Shown here one piece after another: positions 45,926 through 55,482 of a stretch of DNA of 64,000 nucleotides. Source of the stretch: an archaeon (GTDB taxonomy: Archaea > Nanobdellota > Nanobdellia > Woesearchaeales > GW2011-AR9); assembly GCA_023265925.1 (NCBI GenBank), contig JAHFSD010000002.1, forward strand, positions 2,569 to 66,568. The letters are read 5' to 3'. The notes below the pieces were generated by a model. The model did not search any database. It worked only from the letters and a program-made list of their open reading frames with translations, and was not told where the DNA came from. The first letter of the stretch is position 1; every line of letters begins with the position of its first letter. Made by a program: the position numbers and the translations under genes.

Positions 45926-46783
45926 TTGGTGATGATGAATCCAAAAAATCGCCTTAATGACCTCTCCGCCCAGGACTGGCTGCGCTTTACCAAAACCTGG
46001 TTCATCCATAATCCTCCCCGCCGGAAAAAGAGTGAATTACTGCATCCGGCAAAATATCCGGAAGATCTGATTGCTGAATTCATCCAATTCTTTACCAAGC
46101 CTGGCCAGATTGTGTTTGATCCATTTCTGGGAACGGGAAGTACCCTGGTGGCCTGCCATACGACGGGGAGAAATGGGATTGGCATCGAACTGCAGAAAAA
46201 ATATGCCGACATCGCCCGGCAGCGAATTCAGCAGCTCGAGTCGCAGCAGAAATTGGCACCGGACGGAAGTAAACAAGTATGCCGGCAGTTGGTGCTGCAG
46301 GGAAATAGTGCAGAATTAGAAAAGATGTGGACAAGCCATTCCCTACCGGAAGTGGATTTCGTCATTACCTCTCCTCCCTATGGACCGATGCTGAATAAAA
46401 AAGGATTAGCGACGCAGGAACGGGAGGAAGCAGGTCTCGATGTTAAATACAGTGACGATGCGGAAGATCTCGGGAATGCCGCAAGTTATCAAGAATTTGT
46501 ACAGCGATTGGTTGATATTTTCCGGAAGATCAAGCTGAAATTAAAACCAGAAGGATATCTGGTCGTCATCCTGCAGAATTACATGGATAAAGGAGAATAT
46601 CAGACCTTAGCCTGGGATGTGGGAAAAGAATTGGGAAAACATTTCCAGCTGCGCGGCGAGAGAATCTGGCTACAGGACAATAAGACGCTTTACCCTTACG
46701 GTTATCGCTACAGCTTTGTGCCCAATGTACATCATCATTATTGCTTGATTTTTAAGAAAGTTGGTTTCAAAGAAGTGGATTAA
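45926..46783 (+). CDS. N4-cytosine/N6-adenine DNA methyltransferase (N6_N4_Mtase family) with permuted motif order; orphan
   Basis: HPAKYPEDL...VFDPFLGTGST (motifs X-I) lies N-terminal to VITSPPYG (motif IV). No restriction enzyme adjacent. Confidence 0.6.
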   Translation: MVMMNPKNRLNDLSAQDWLRFTKTWFIHNPPRRKKSELLHPAKYPEDLIAEFIQFFTKPGQIVFDPFLGTGSTLVACHTTGRNGIGIELQKKYADIARQRIQQLESQQKLAPDGSKQVCRQLVLQGNSAELEKMWTSHSLPEVDFVITSPPYGPMLNKKGLATQEREEAGLDVKYSDDAEDLGNAASYQEFVQRLVDIFRKIKLKLKPEGYLVVILQNYMDKGEYQTLAWDVGKELGKHFQLRGERIWLQDNKTLYPYGYRYSFVPNVHHHYCLIFKKVGFKEVD

Positions 46784-46942
46784 GTAATTTTAGGATTTAA
46801 AAGAGGTCTTTCTTTCAGTTTCCGTCCTTTTCCTGCAGTTAGTTCTGGCCGGGATTTTTCTAATCGAAATTTTGATAATCGGGACTGCAGTTCCGTCTCC
46901 AGGATAAAAGAACTTCCAAGAACTTTCTCCCTGAAATAGAAT

Positions 46943-47203
46943 TCACCGAAATGAAATGATCTGTAACCCATACTTTTCCACGTCCTCTTTTGGCCAGAAT
47001 TTCACCTCGCTGGTTTTCAGGACAAAAGTTACTTCCTTTTCCATCATCCTGCCGGTATACTGTTTCATCGTAGGATCCCATTCCTTAAGCACCAGAACGT
47101 CTCCCGATCGGCATTCAAAATCCGCCAGGCGCAGTTCATACTTCTTCTCTCCCCGGAGAATCCGTTCAAAAAATTCCGGCCAGACTTTTTTTTCAATTTT
47201 CAT
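46943..47203 (-). CDS. ASCH-like (DUF3850-type) small protein
   Basis: MKIEKKVWPEFFERILRGEKKYELRLADFECRSGDVLVLKEWD resembles the DUF3850/ASCH N-terminus. Confidence 0.45.
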   Translation of the reverse strand: MKIEKKVWPEFFERILRGEKKYELRLADFECRSGDVLVLKEWDPTMKQYTGRMMEKEVTFVLKTSEVKFWPKEDVEKYGLQIISFR

Positions 47204-47206
47204 TGT

Positions 47207-47926
47207 TTAGTGCTGCCGATAGATCAACTCCTCTTCCTGAAACCCATGCTTGCCTTTCATCGGCACAAATACAAACGGGCCCAGAAATTCCAGTTCCAGA
47301 CGGCCATTGACTTTGCTGCCCCGTACCATCGTCTGGCTTTGTAAATCACCGATAGGTGCGATCACTATACCGCCTTCTTTCAATTGATCGATCAACGGCT
47401 GCGGGACAGTGGGACAGGCAGCTGTGATGATAATCTTGTCGTAGGGCGCCTCTTCCGGATAGCCTTCCCCACCATCACCTTCAATCACCAGGACATTCTT
47501 CAGGCCCAGTTCTTCCGCATTCCCGCGAGTCATCTGCACCAGTTCCGGAATGACGTCAGACGTAACTACTTTTCCCCGCTTCCCTACCAGCTGGGAAATT
47601 AACGCGGCCTGATAGCCCATTCCTGCGCCCAGTTCAAACACCTTATCGCCTTTCTGCAACTCTAACGCCTGCAGCATGATCATGACCGTCGTCGGCTGGG
47701 AGATCGACTGCTTTCTGATCGTGGGCAGGGGCTGGTCTTCGTACGCATACGCCCGCAAGTGCGGCGGGATAAAGTTCTCCCGCGGAATGGCGGCAAAGGC
47801 TTCCAGCAGGCGGGGATCAAGGTTCTGCTGGTGCCAGAAGTGCAGCAACTGCTGCTTGGAGGTAGGCGGCCTTCTCGGCTGCTCGACACCAAAATAGGCC
47901 TGAAAAGTCATTGTTGATACCAGCAT
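47207..47926 (-). CDS. pcm: protein-L-isoaspartate O-methyltransferase (PCMT)
   Basis: VFELGAGMGYQAALISQLVGKRGKVVTSDVIPELV. Start set at MLVSTMTF (47926); the 48052 start is less likely. Confidence 0.75.
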   Translation of the reverse strand: MLVSTMTFQAYFGVEQPRRPPTSKQQLLHFWHQQNLDPRLLEAFAAIPRENFIPPHLRAYAYEDQPLPTIRKQSISQPTTVMIMLQALELQKGDKVFELGAGMGYQAALISQLVGKRGKVVTSDVIPELVQMTRGNAEELGLKNVLVIEGDGGEGYPEEAPYDKIIITAACPTVPQPLIDQLKEGGIVIAPIGDLQSQTMVRGSKVNGRLELEFLGPFVFVPMKGKHGFQEEELIYRQH

Positions 47927-48042
47927 AATTTTGGATTTTAAATAGTTTTCTCTGCCAGTTACACTAGGCGAGTGCTTTAATTGTTTCCTCTTGGTCCATA
48001 CCCTGCAGCTTGCTGCGACTATCGAAGTCAGAGGAAACACCA

Positions 48043-48067
48043 AAAACCCCACTGTAGCGGGGTTTTT
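48043..48067 (+). other. GC hairpin followed by T5 (terminator-like stem-loop) in a divergent intergenic region
   Basis: aaaacccc-actgtagc-ggggttttt. Confidence 0.25.
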
Positions 48068-48108
48068 GATTTGCGTTGATAACCTTTATATAAAACTCCT
48101 GCCAGGAA

Positions 48109-48603
48109 GTGATTGTGAAACTCTTCAGTGGTTTGATGGTACTTCTGCTGCTGCTGGGCTGTTTGCCCTGGCAATCACCAAGTGGAAATTCCGATCCATC
48201 AGCAGCACTACCTCCAGAAGTAAAAGCAAAAGATCATTCTTCTGCTCCTTCCTCCCAAACCAGGCAGCAGCCTTTTCAACCCTCGAGAATTCCTTCTTCC
48301 GGCTCGAGCATCGAAGTAACGGCCACCATTACTCATCCCGCCACCATTCTGGGCAAGCCCGGCTTTTCACCTGCCGAATTGGCCATTGAAGCCGGCGATT
48401 CGGTAACATGGACTAACCACGATCCGCAGAAAAAAGTGTTGGTATTGACGTTTCAGAAAGCCGGCACCCGTGAATTTATCACCAGCCGGGCCATTCGGCC
48501 GGGAAGGGAATGGGATCACGTCTTCACTGAGCCGGGTGAGTATATTTATTGGACGGTGGGGTATGGGGTGAAAGGGAAAGTGATGGTGAGGGAAGAGCAG
48601 TAG
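48109..48603 (+). CDS. secreted cupredoxin-fold-like protein (no obvious Cu ligands)
   Basis: GTG start; signal peptide LMVLLLLLGCLPW; beta-rich C-terminal domain EAGDSVTWTNHD...GEYIYWTVGYGVKGKVMV. Confidence 0.4.
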   Translation: MIVKLFSGLMVLLLLLGCLPWQSPSGNSDPSAALPPEVKAKDHSSAPSSQTRQQPFQPSRIPSSGSSIEVTATITHPATILGKPGFSPAELAIEAGDSVTWTNHDPQKKVLVLTFQKAGTREFITSRAIRPGREWDHVFTEPGEYIYWTVGYGVKGKVMVREEQ

Positions 48604-48606
48604 ATT

Positions 48607-49590
48607 TTATTTCCCATACATCTCCGGATTCACCAAAAAGGGCGGTTTCTTCCCCCGCAGCACCGCCAGAATATTCTCGGCCGCATCCAGCGACATCTCT
48701 GACCGGGCTTCCACCGTGGCAGAAGCAGTATGGGGAGTAAGAACAACATTATCGAGCTTAGTGAGCCCCGCCGCCAGTTTTGGCTCAAATTCATAGACGT
48801 CCAGGCCAGCACCAGCGATTTGCTTTCTCTTGAGGGCCTGTATTAACGCTTTTTCATCCACCACTGGCCCCCGGCTGGTATTAATGAGATAAGCAGTCTT
48901 CTTCATCAACGATAATTCTTTTTTCCCGATTAAATGGTGGGTGGTAGGCAATAAAGGGACGTGCAGCGAAACAAGGTCTGCTGTTTTCAGCAATTCCGAG
49001 AGGGAACAATAACGGGCGGTAAATTCCTTTTCAAACCAGGGATTACGTTTCACGTCATGATACACTACTTTCATGCCCAAGGCTACTGCTCTTCTGGCGA
49101 CGCCAGAACCAATTCTTCCCAAACCGACAATACCGATGGTTTTTCCCACCAATTCCATGCCCATCAACAGCTGCGGTTCCCAGCCGTGATATTTTCCAGC
49201 GCGGATGAAACGGTCAGCTTCGGCGATGCGACGGCAGACGGCTAACATCAGGGCAAAAGTATGCTCGGCCACTGCATCCACAATGGCTCGGCCGGGCGTG
49301 TTGGTGACGGGAATACCTTTCTGAGTAGCATAACGCACATCAATATTGTTGAAGCCGATGGCATAGTTAGAAATGACTTTTAGGTTGGGATTGGCGTCAA
49401 TTACTTCTTGGTCAATCTTATCCGTCAGCAGGCACAGCAGGGCATCTCCCCATTTCACGCCTTTAAGGATTTCTTCCCGGGGAATTATTTGGTCTTTTGG
49501 ATAGACTTTGACCAGACAGGATTTTTGCAGGAGTCTAATTCCAGAATCCATGATCTGGCGGGTGACGAAGACTTTTGGTTTAGTTGGCAT
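48607..49590 (-). CDS. D-isomer-specific 2-hydroxyacid dehydrogenase (glyoxylate/hydroxypyruvate reductase-like)
   Basis: GKTIGIVGLGRIGSGVARRAVALGMKV NAD-binding and catalytic-domain layout. Confidence 0.8.
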   Translation of the reverse strand: MPTKPKVFVTRQIMDSGIRLLQKSCLVKVYPKDQIIPREEILKGVKWGDALLCLLTDKIDQEVIDANPNLKVISNYAIGFNNIDVRYATQKGIPVTNTPGRAIVDAVAEHTFALMLAVCRRIAEADRFIRAGKYHGWEPQLLMGMELVGKTIGIVGLGRIGSGVARRAVALGMKVVYHDVKRNPWFEKEFTARYCSLSELLKTADLVSLHVPLLPTTHHLIGKKELSLMKKTAYLINTSRGPVVDEKALIQALKRKQIAGAGLDVYEFEPKLAAGLTKLDNVVLTPHTASATVEARSEMSLDAAENILAVLRGKKPPFLVNPEMYGK

Positions 49591-49988
49591 GCCTTGAGAA
49601 ATATTCTTTTATATTTAAAGGTTGGTGACGATAGATTCTCCCTAATCATCGGCATAGGCCTGTTTAATCGTTGTAAGTAGTTGAAATTTCTTTCCTAATT
49701 TTAATTTTATCTTTGCCCTTTCAGCTGCTCTTACACTTTCGGCAGATAAAGCGTTGCTTTTTACCACATTGGTTATAGCGGAATCCCGCTCTCACAATAT
49801 TCTCAAACGATTTACAAAAGATACAGGGCGTTTTCATATCCATCACCAGGTTAAAGAAAAGAAGTACTTATATCTAAATATGCTTAAGATTAAACGGTGT
49901 CACTCCGGCGCAATCTTTATAAACCACCCCCTGTCCCTAGCACAAATCCGTTATCACACTGGCCAGCAGGACTGGTTTATTGATATAG

Positions 49989-50076
49989 AGAATTCCGCTA
50001 ATTGAGTGACATATTGGCGGAATTCTTATATAGTCAATTCCGAAAAGGATGTAACCTAATAATCGGAATTGACTAT
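49989..50076 (+). other. two adjacent perfect hairpins (10-bp and 14-bp stems, 18-19-nt loops) sharing a gaattcc core; candidate sRNA/regulatory element about 150 nt upstream of rpl3
   Basis: 49989-49998/50017-50026 and 50030-50043/50063-50076. Confidence 0.4.
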
Positions 50077-50226
50077 ACCGGTGAGCTGCCTGCAAAGGCA
50101 ACCATCCTTGGTGTTCTGGGATGGAAGCCAGATAAAGGCAATTTGTACGAGTACCGTATCAATTGGCTTGGGCAACGAGATAAATATAGATGAGATAATT
50201 ATAGTATAGAATAGAGTATTATACAA

Positions 50227-51186
50227 ATGGGTAATATCCGCCATCCCCGACGGGGGAGTTTGCAGTACTGGCCGCGGAAACGCGCCAAGCATTCGTTAGC
50301 GAGAGTGCGTTCCTGGATTGCCGAAAGCAAGGCTAAACCGCTGGCCTTTATCGGCTATAAAGCCGGCATGACCCACCTGATGCTGACCGACAACCGGCCC
50401 AAGTCGCTGACCAAAGGCGAATCTATCGCCGTTCCTTCCACGATTATTGAATGCCCGCCGCTGAAAGTGGCCGGCCTGGCCTTCTACAAAATGACCATGA
50501 ATGGGCTGCAGAAAGTAACTTCCTTGATTTCTAATCCGGAAAAACATCTCTCCCGGTTAATTCCCCTCGCCAAAAAACAGCCCAAGGAATTTCCTGCCCC
50601 GGAAACCTTTGATGATCTGCGATTGCTGGTTCATACCACGACGGAATCCATTCCCGCCGGCACCAAAAAGCCAAAGTTATTGGAAGTTGCCATCGGCGGG
50701 ACAAAAGACGAGAAAATTAAGTATGCCCAAAGCCTGCTGGGGAAAGAACTGGCCATTACTGACGTGTTTGATCCGGGAAATCAGGTTGATGTTCGCGGCA
50801 TTACCAAAGGCAAGGGCTTTCAGGGAACGGTCAAGCGTTACGGCGTTCCCGTGCGGCAGCACAAGGCAGAAAAAACTAAACGCGGCATTGCCACTCTAGG
50901 ATCATGGACGCCTAAGCGGGTAGAGTTTACGGTTGCCCAGCCCGGACGGATGGGCTACCATCTCCGGACAGAATATAACAAGCAGATCCTGAAGATTGGC
51001 ACAAAAGGGAGTGAGGTGACGCCGGCGGGCGGGATCACCAAATATGGCCTTGTCCGGAATTCCTATCTTCTGCTTAAAGGTTCGGTGATGGGACCACGAA
51101 AACGGGCCGTCGTGATGACTGCTCCCTACCGGCCGAATTATAAAGTGCCTAAGGATGCTCCGGAAATAACCTACATTTCCAAATGA
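50227..51186 (+). CDS. rpl3: 50S ribosomal protein L3 (uL3)
   Basis: Archaeal uL3 N-terminus MGNIRHPRRGSLQYWPRKRA. Confidence 0.9.
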   Translation: MGNIRHPRRGSLQYWPRKRAKHSLARVRSWIAESKAKPLAFIGYKAGMTHLMLTDNRPKSLTKGESIAVPSTIIECPPLKVAGLAFYKMTMNGLQKVTSLISNPEKHLSRLIPLAKKQPKEFPAPETFDDLRLLVHTTTESIPAGTKKPKLLEVAIGGTKDEKIKYAQSLLGKELAITDVFDPGNQVDVRGITKGKGFQGTVKRYGVPVRQHKAEKTKRGIATLGSWTPKRVEFTVAQPGRMGYHLRTEYNKQILKIGTKGSEVTPAGGITKYGLVRNSYLLLKGSVMGPRKRAVVMTAPYRPNYKVPKDAPEITYISK

Positions 51187-51193
51187 AACCAAA

Positions 51194-52000
51194 ATGAAAC
51201 TGCCCATCATTACGCTACAACAAGAACGAAAGGGAGAACGAGCCTTGCCCAGCCAGTTCCAGGAAGCGTATCGCCCGGACTTAATTCGCCGGGCCGTGCA
51301 GGCCCTGCAGAGCCGGCAGCGCCAGCCCTATGGTGCTTCGCCAACAGCAGGATTGCGTCATGCGCATGACGTCAGCAAGCGCCGGCGGGATTATAAGACC
51401 AGCTATGGCAAGGGAATAAGCCGGGTTGCCCGCAAAGTGCATACCAAGCGAGGCATGCAGATGAATTGGGTGGGGACATTTTCCCCGCAGACGGTGGGAG
51501 GAAGGCGGGCGCATCCGCCGAAAGCAATGAAGATCTGGGCGCAGAAAATCAATCAGAAGGAAAACCGCAAGGCAATTCGTTCCGCCATGGCGGCCACGGT
51601 GAGCAGGCAATTGGTCCAGCAGCGCGGGCATAAACTGCCGGAAGGGTATCCGTTTATCATTGATGCTGCCCTGGAAACGATGAATAAGACTGCGGAAGTG
51701 GAAAAAGCCCTCACTGCTTTTGGTTTTGAGCAGGAATTAGCCCGTTCGGGACAGAAAAAAATCCGGGCCGGAAAAGGCAAACGGCGCGGGCGGAAATATA
51801 AACGCAAGAAAGGCATTTTAATTGTGGTGAGTGGCGATTGCCCTTTATTGAAAGCAGGAAAAAACATTCCCGGGACGGAGATCATTCCCGTCCGGGCCCT
51901 GAATGCCGATCTGCTTGCTCCTGGCGGGTTGCCCGGGCGCGTCACGCTTTGGACGAGTACCGCGCTTGATCAGGTCGAGCAGAAGAAATTATTCACTTAA
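51194..52000 (+). CDS. rpl4: 50S ribosomal protein L4 (uL4)
   Basis: Position and sequence match archaeal L4/L1e. Confidence 0.85.
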   Translation: MKLPIITLQQERKGERALPSQFQEAYRPDLIRRAVQALQSRQRQPYGASPTAGLRHAHDVSKRRRDYKTSYGKGISRVARKVHTKRGMQMNWVGTFSPQTVGGRRAHPPKAMKIWAQKINQKENRKAIRSAMAATVSRQLVQQRGHKLPEGYPFIIDAALETMNKTAEVEKALTAFGFEQELARSGQKKIRAGKGKRRGRKYKRKKGILIVVSGDCPLLKAGKNIPGTEIIPVRALNADLLAPGGLPGRVTLWTSTALDQVEQKKLFT

Positions 52001-52003
52001 ACC

Positions 52004-52297
52004 ATGGCAAAAAAAATACAACCGCCAACCGGAACAGTTAATCCCTATACCATCTTAAAGTATCCTCTCTCAACGGAGAAAAGCATCCGGCAGATGGAAT
52101 TTGAGAACAAAATCGTGTTCGTGGTGGATCCCGGCGCCACGAAACCAGATATCAAGCGGGCTCTGGAAGAGCTGTTTAAGGTCAAAGTGCTGAAGGTGAA
52201 CCTGCAGAATGCCTTTACGGGAGAAAAGCGAGCATATATAAAGCTGCGGCCGGAACATCTGGCTTCCGATATCGGGGCAGAACTAGGGTTGATTTAA
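52004..52297 (+). CDS. rpl23: 50S ribosomal protein L23 (uL23)
   Basis: 97 aa; position between L4 and L2. Confidence 0.85.
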   Translation: MAKKIQPPTGTVNPYTILKYPLSTEKSIRQMEFENKIVFVVDPGATKPDIKRALEELFKVKVLKVNLQNAFTGEKRAYIKLRPEHLASDIGAELGLI

Positions 52298-52298
52298 C

Positions 52299-53012
52299 AT
52301 GGGTAAAAATCTCATTCAACAGCGTCGTGGACGAGGCTCGTTACTGTATCGCTCACCTGGCTTTCGCTTTCAGGGAGCGGTCAAGCATAGCGCCGAGACG
52401 GCCACGACGGTCACGGGAAGAGTGGATGACATCATCCATTGTGCTGGCCACTCGGCGCCCTTGCTGCAACTCTCTTTATCGACTGGTACCTCCGCGTTGG
52501 TATTTGCGCCGGAAGGCATCAGTGTCGGTGCTGAGCTTCAGATCAATACCACGGAAGTGAAGGACGGCAATGTCCTGCCCTTATCGGCCATCCCGGAGGG
52601 AACGGCAATTCATAACATTGAGCTTCATCCCGGTGATGGAGGAAAAGTAGTTCGTTCCTCGGGAACGTCGGCTCGCATCGTGGCAAAAACGGAACAGGGC
52701 GTGCTCATAAAATTGCCATCACGAAAAGAGCGGTTATTTCAGCCGGCCTGCCGGGCAGCGATCGGTGTGGTGGCGGGCGCCGGAAGATTAGAGAAGCCCT
52801 TCCTGAAAGCGGGGACGCGCTTCTGGAAGATGAAAGCCAAGAATAAGCTCTATCCGCGGGTCTGCGGCATTTCCATGAACGCGGTCGATCATCCGTTTGG
52901 CGGGAAGGGCTCCCATACCAAAGGGCGGCCGACCCAGTCGCCGAGAAGTGCTCCCCCCGGACGAAAAGTGGGAAAGATTGCACCAAGAAGGACGGGAAGA
53001 AGGAAGATGTAA
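52299..53012 (+). CDS. rpl2: 50S ribosomal protein L2 (uL2)
   Basis: MGKNLIQQRRGRGS...GGKGSHTKGRP. Confidence 0.9.
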   Translation: MGKNLIQQRRGRGSLLYRSPGFRFQGAVKHSAETATTVTGRVDDIIHCAGHSAPLLQLSLSTGTSALVFAPEGISVGAELQINTTEVKDGNVLPLSAIPEGTAIHNIELHPGDGGKVVRSSGTSARIVAKTEQGVLIKLPSRKERLFQPACRAAIGVVAGAGRLEKPFLKAGTRFWKMKAKNKLYPRVCGISMNAVDHPFGGKGSHTKGRPTQSPRSAPPGRKVGKIAPRRTGRRKM

Positions 53013-53067
53013 TAGTAAATCTTATCAATAATAAAAAATAACAAAATAATAATAATATAATCACAAA

Positions 53068-53448
53068 ATGGTCAAAGAATTTCGCTGGCACGGGAAGACG
53101 GAAGAGGAAGTGAAGAAGTTAGACCTTCGTGAATTCCTGCCGCTCGTTCCGGCACGAGCCAGGCGCAGCCTGAAACGCGGCTTTACCGATTTACAGAAAC
53201 GATTGCTGGCCCGGGTGGAAAAAGATGAAAAAAACATCCGCACCCAGTGCCGCGACATGATCATCATCCCCAGCATGATCGGGAAAACTATCAAAGTGCA
53301 TCATGGCCGGGATTATCTGCCGGTCCTGATCACGGTGGAAATGCTTGGCCACACGCTGGGGGAATTTGTCATGACCCGCAAGCCCGTCAGCCACAGTGCT
53401 GCCGGCATCGGTGCCACACGATCAAGCAAAGCCATCTCCGCACGATAA
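53068..53448 (+). CDS. rps19: 30S ribosomal protein S19 (uS19)
   Basis: [28 protein letters not shown]. Confidence 0.9.
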   Translation: MVKEFRWHGKTEEEVKKLDLREFLPLVPARARRSLKRGFTDLQKRLLARVEKDEKNIRTQCRDMIIIPSMIGKTIKVHHGRDYLPVLITVEMLGHTLGEFVMTRKPVSHSAAGIGATRSSKAISAR

Positions 53449-53460
53449 CCATAAATCATC

Positions 53461-54033
53461 ATGAAAACCATGGCCACGACCACAACACCATCATCAGCAA
53501 CTCCACTGACTGCCATCGCTACGATGCGGAACGTGCCAATCTCGACTAAGCATGCCGTAATGGTTTGCCGCAGCGTGCGCTATCAGGATACCGCTTCCGC
53601 CAAGAAACTGTTGAATGAGGTCATGGCCCTGAAGACGCCCATAGCCTATCCGCGCTCTAACTTTGACTTGGGCCATCGGCGGGGGATTGGGCCGGGCCGT
53701 TATCCACAGAAAGTGGCCAGGGAAGTATTGCGCCTGATTAAATCGGCAGAAGCGAATGCACAGGTGAAAGGATTAACTACGACCAATTTAAAAATCACTA
53801 AGCTGATGGCACACAAAGCATCTATTCCATTTACGGGAAACCGCTGGTTTCACCGCACCAAGCGGTCGCACCTGGAGATTGAAGTGCAGGAGAGGAAAGT
53901 GAAGGAGAGAAAGGTGAAGGAAACAGCAAAGGAAGGAAAGAAAGAAGAAGGAAAGGCAGGAAAAGCTCGAATGGAAAAGGGGCCAACAGCAGGGACAAAA
54001 CAGCCAGCTCTACAACAGGAGAACCATGATTGA
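53461..54033 (+). CDS. rpl22: 50S ribosomal protein L22 (uL22) with Lys/Glu-rich C-terminal extension
   Basis: Core uL22 followed by EVQERKVKERKVKETAKEGKKEEGK. Confidence 0.85.
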   Translation: MKTMATTTTPSSATPLTAIATMRNVPISTKHAVMVCRSVRYQDTASAKKLLNEVMALKTPIAYPRSNFDLGHRRGIGPGRYPQKVAREVLRLIKSAEANAQVKGLTTTNLKITKLMAHKASIPFTGNRWFHRTKRSHLEIEVQERKVKERKVKETAKEGKKEEGKAGKARMEKGPTAGTKQPALQQENHD

Positions 54034-54907
54034 ACGCAACTTCATTGCTCAGAAGACGAAAGAGTACTACCTTAAGAAATATATTAAGAATATGCTGACC
54101 AATGTCGGTATTTCGCAAATCAAGCTGAAAAAAATCCCTTTAGGTGAGAAAATCATCATTCACACCAGCCGGCCCAGCCTGGTGGTCGGGTCCAAGGGAT
54201 CTAACATCAAGGATTTGACCAGGACGCTGAAGAAAGAGTTTCAGCTGGAGAATCCGCAGGTGGAGATCAATGAAGTCAAAAATATCTTTTTGGATGCCCA
54301 GCTGGTTGCGGAGAAAATCGCTTCCTCGTTAGAGCGCTTTGGCTCAGCGCGTTTCAAAAGTGTCGGGCATAAAATTATGGAGAATGTGATGAATTCCGGT
54401 GCCTTAGGGGTGGAATTAGTGATTTCCGGCAAGATTCCCAGTGCCCGTGCCAAGAGTTGGCGGTTTTATCAGGGCTACCTGAAGAAATGCGGGGACATTG
54501 CCGTGGTCGGCGTGCGGCATGCGCAAGCTGCTGCTTTGCTCAAAAGCGGCATCATTGGCATTAAAGTCTCGATCATGCCGCCGGATTTACAGTTGCCGGA
54601 TCATGTCGAAGTCTTGGACGAGCCGATCAAGGTCGTGGAAGTAATTCCCACTGAACCGGAAAAAGCGGAAAAGAAGCGCAAGAGGGCAGCCAAATCAACG
54701 CCAAAAAAGAAGACGGTCAGGAAAAAAGAAGAACAATCAGGGAAAGCAGCGGCAGATAGCGGCAGCGTCCCAGCAGCAGCACTACTACCATCGGGACCGC
54801 CTGTTGTACAACCTGCTGCACTACCTGTTGTACCGGAAGAGTTGGCGGAAACTGCAACAGAAACAGCAACAACAGCAGCAACAGTAGAGAACGGTGAAGG
54901 GCAATGA
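54026..54907 (+). CDS. rps3: 30S ribosomal protein S3 (uS3) with long Ala/Pro/Thr-rich C-terminal extension
   Basis: KH domain core; ~90-aa low-complexity tail. Confidence 0.9.
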   Translation: MIERNFIAQKTKEYYLKKYIKNMLTNVGISQIKLKKIPLGEKIIIHTSRPSLVVGSKGSNIKDLTRTLKKEFQLENPQVEINEVKNIFLDAQLVAEKIASSLERFGSARFKSVGHKIMENVMNSGALGVELVISGKIPSARAKSWRFYQGYLKKCGDIAVVGVRHAQAAALLKSGIIGIKVSIMPPDLQLPDHVEVLDEPIKVVEVIPTEPEKAEKKRKRAAKSTPKKKTVRKKEEQSGKAAADSGSVPAAALLPSGPPVVQPAALPVVPEELAETATETATTAATVENGEGQ

Positions 54908-55134
54908 AAATCATGAAAGAACTGCGTGATCTCAACCGGGAAGAACTTCATTCCCGGCAGCGGGAGTTGCAGAAGGAGCTGTTAAAGCTGAACGTCTCTG
55001 TTTCCACCGGCGTGAATCCTGCTAATCCGGGAAAACTCCGGCTGGCTAAAAAGAACATTGCCCGCCTCACCATGCTGCTCAGCGAGAAACAAAATATCCA
55101 CGAGAAACAAAATCAGGAGGTCTCCCGGCGATAA
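54904..55134 (+). CDS. rpl29: 50S ribosomal protein L29 (uL29)
   Basis: MKIMKELRDLNREELHSRQRELQKELLKLN. Confidence 0.85.
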   Translation: MKIMKELRDLNREELHSRQRELQKELLKLNVSVSTGVNPANPGKLRLAKKNIARLTMLLSEKQNIHEKQNQEVSRR

Positions 55135-55137
55135 ACC

Positions 55138-55446
55138 ATGGTGGATGTCTGTAACCAGTGTGGACTGCCGCAGGACTTATGCGTCTGTGAGACAATTGCC
55201 CGTGAGCAGCAGAGAATCACCGTGCAGATTGAAAGAAGAAAGTTTGGGAAAAAATATACCATTGTCGGCGGGATGGGCAAGGAAGCTAACATTGAGGAAA
55301 TCCTGCGTAAATTGAAAAACAAGTTTGCCTGTGGCGGCACGGCCAAGACCGGGCAAATCGAGCTGCAGGGTGACCATACTACCAGAATGAAAGCAGCGTT
55401 AGTCGAGCTGGGTTTTCCGGTAGAAACCATTGATGTAAAAGTGTGA
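55138..55446 (+). CDS. translation initiation factor aIF1 (SUI1)
   Basis: SUI1 core QIERRKFGKKYTIVGGMG...FACGGT. Confidence 0.85.
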   Translation: MVDVCNQCGLPQDLCVCETIAREQQRITVQIERRKFGKKYTIVGGMGKEANIEEILRKLKNKFACGGTAKTGQIELQGDHTTRMKAALVELGFPVETIDVKV

Positions 55447-55482
55447 AACTGTCAAACTATAAAATCATAAAACTGTCAAACT

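Noticed and set aside
45760-46212. 150-aa minus-strand ORF overlapping the start of the DNA methyltransferase gene
   Set aside because: Antisense to a well-supported CDS with clear motifs; no family signal; part of it lies in the repeat-rich noncoding block.
49754-50193. Two track ORFs (83 and 63 aa) in the long spacer before rpl3
   Set aside because: No family resemblance and low-complexity composition; the region is better explained as a structured noncoding leader.
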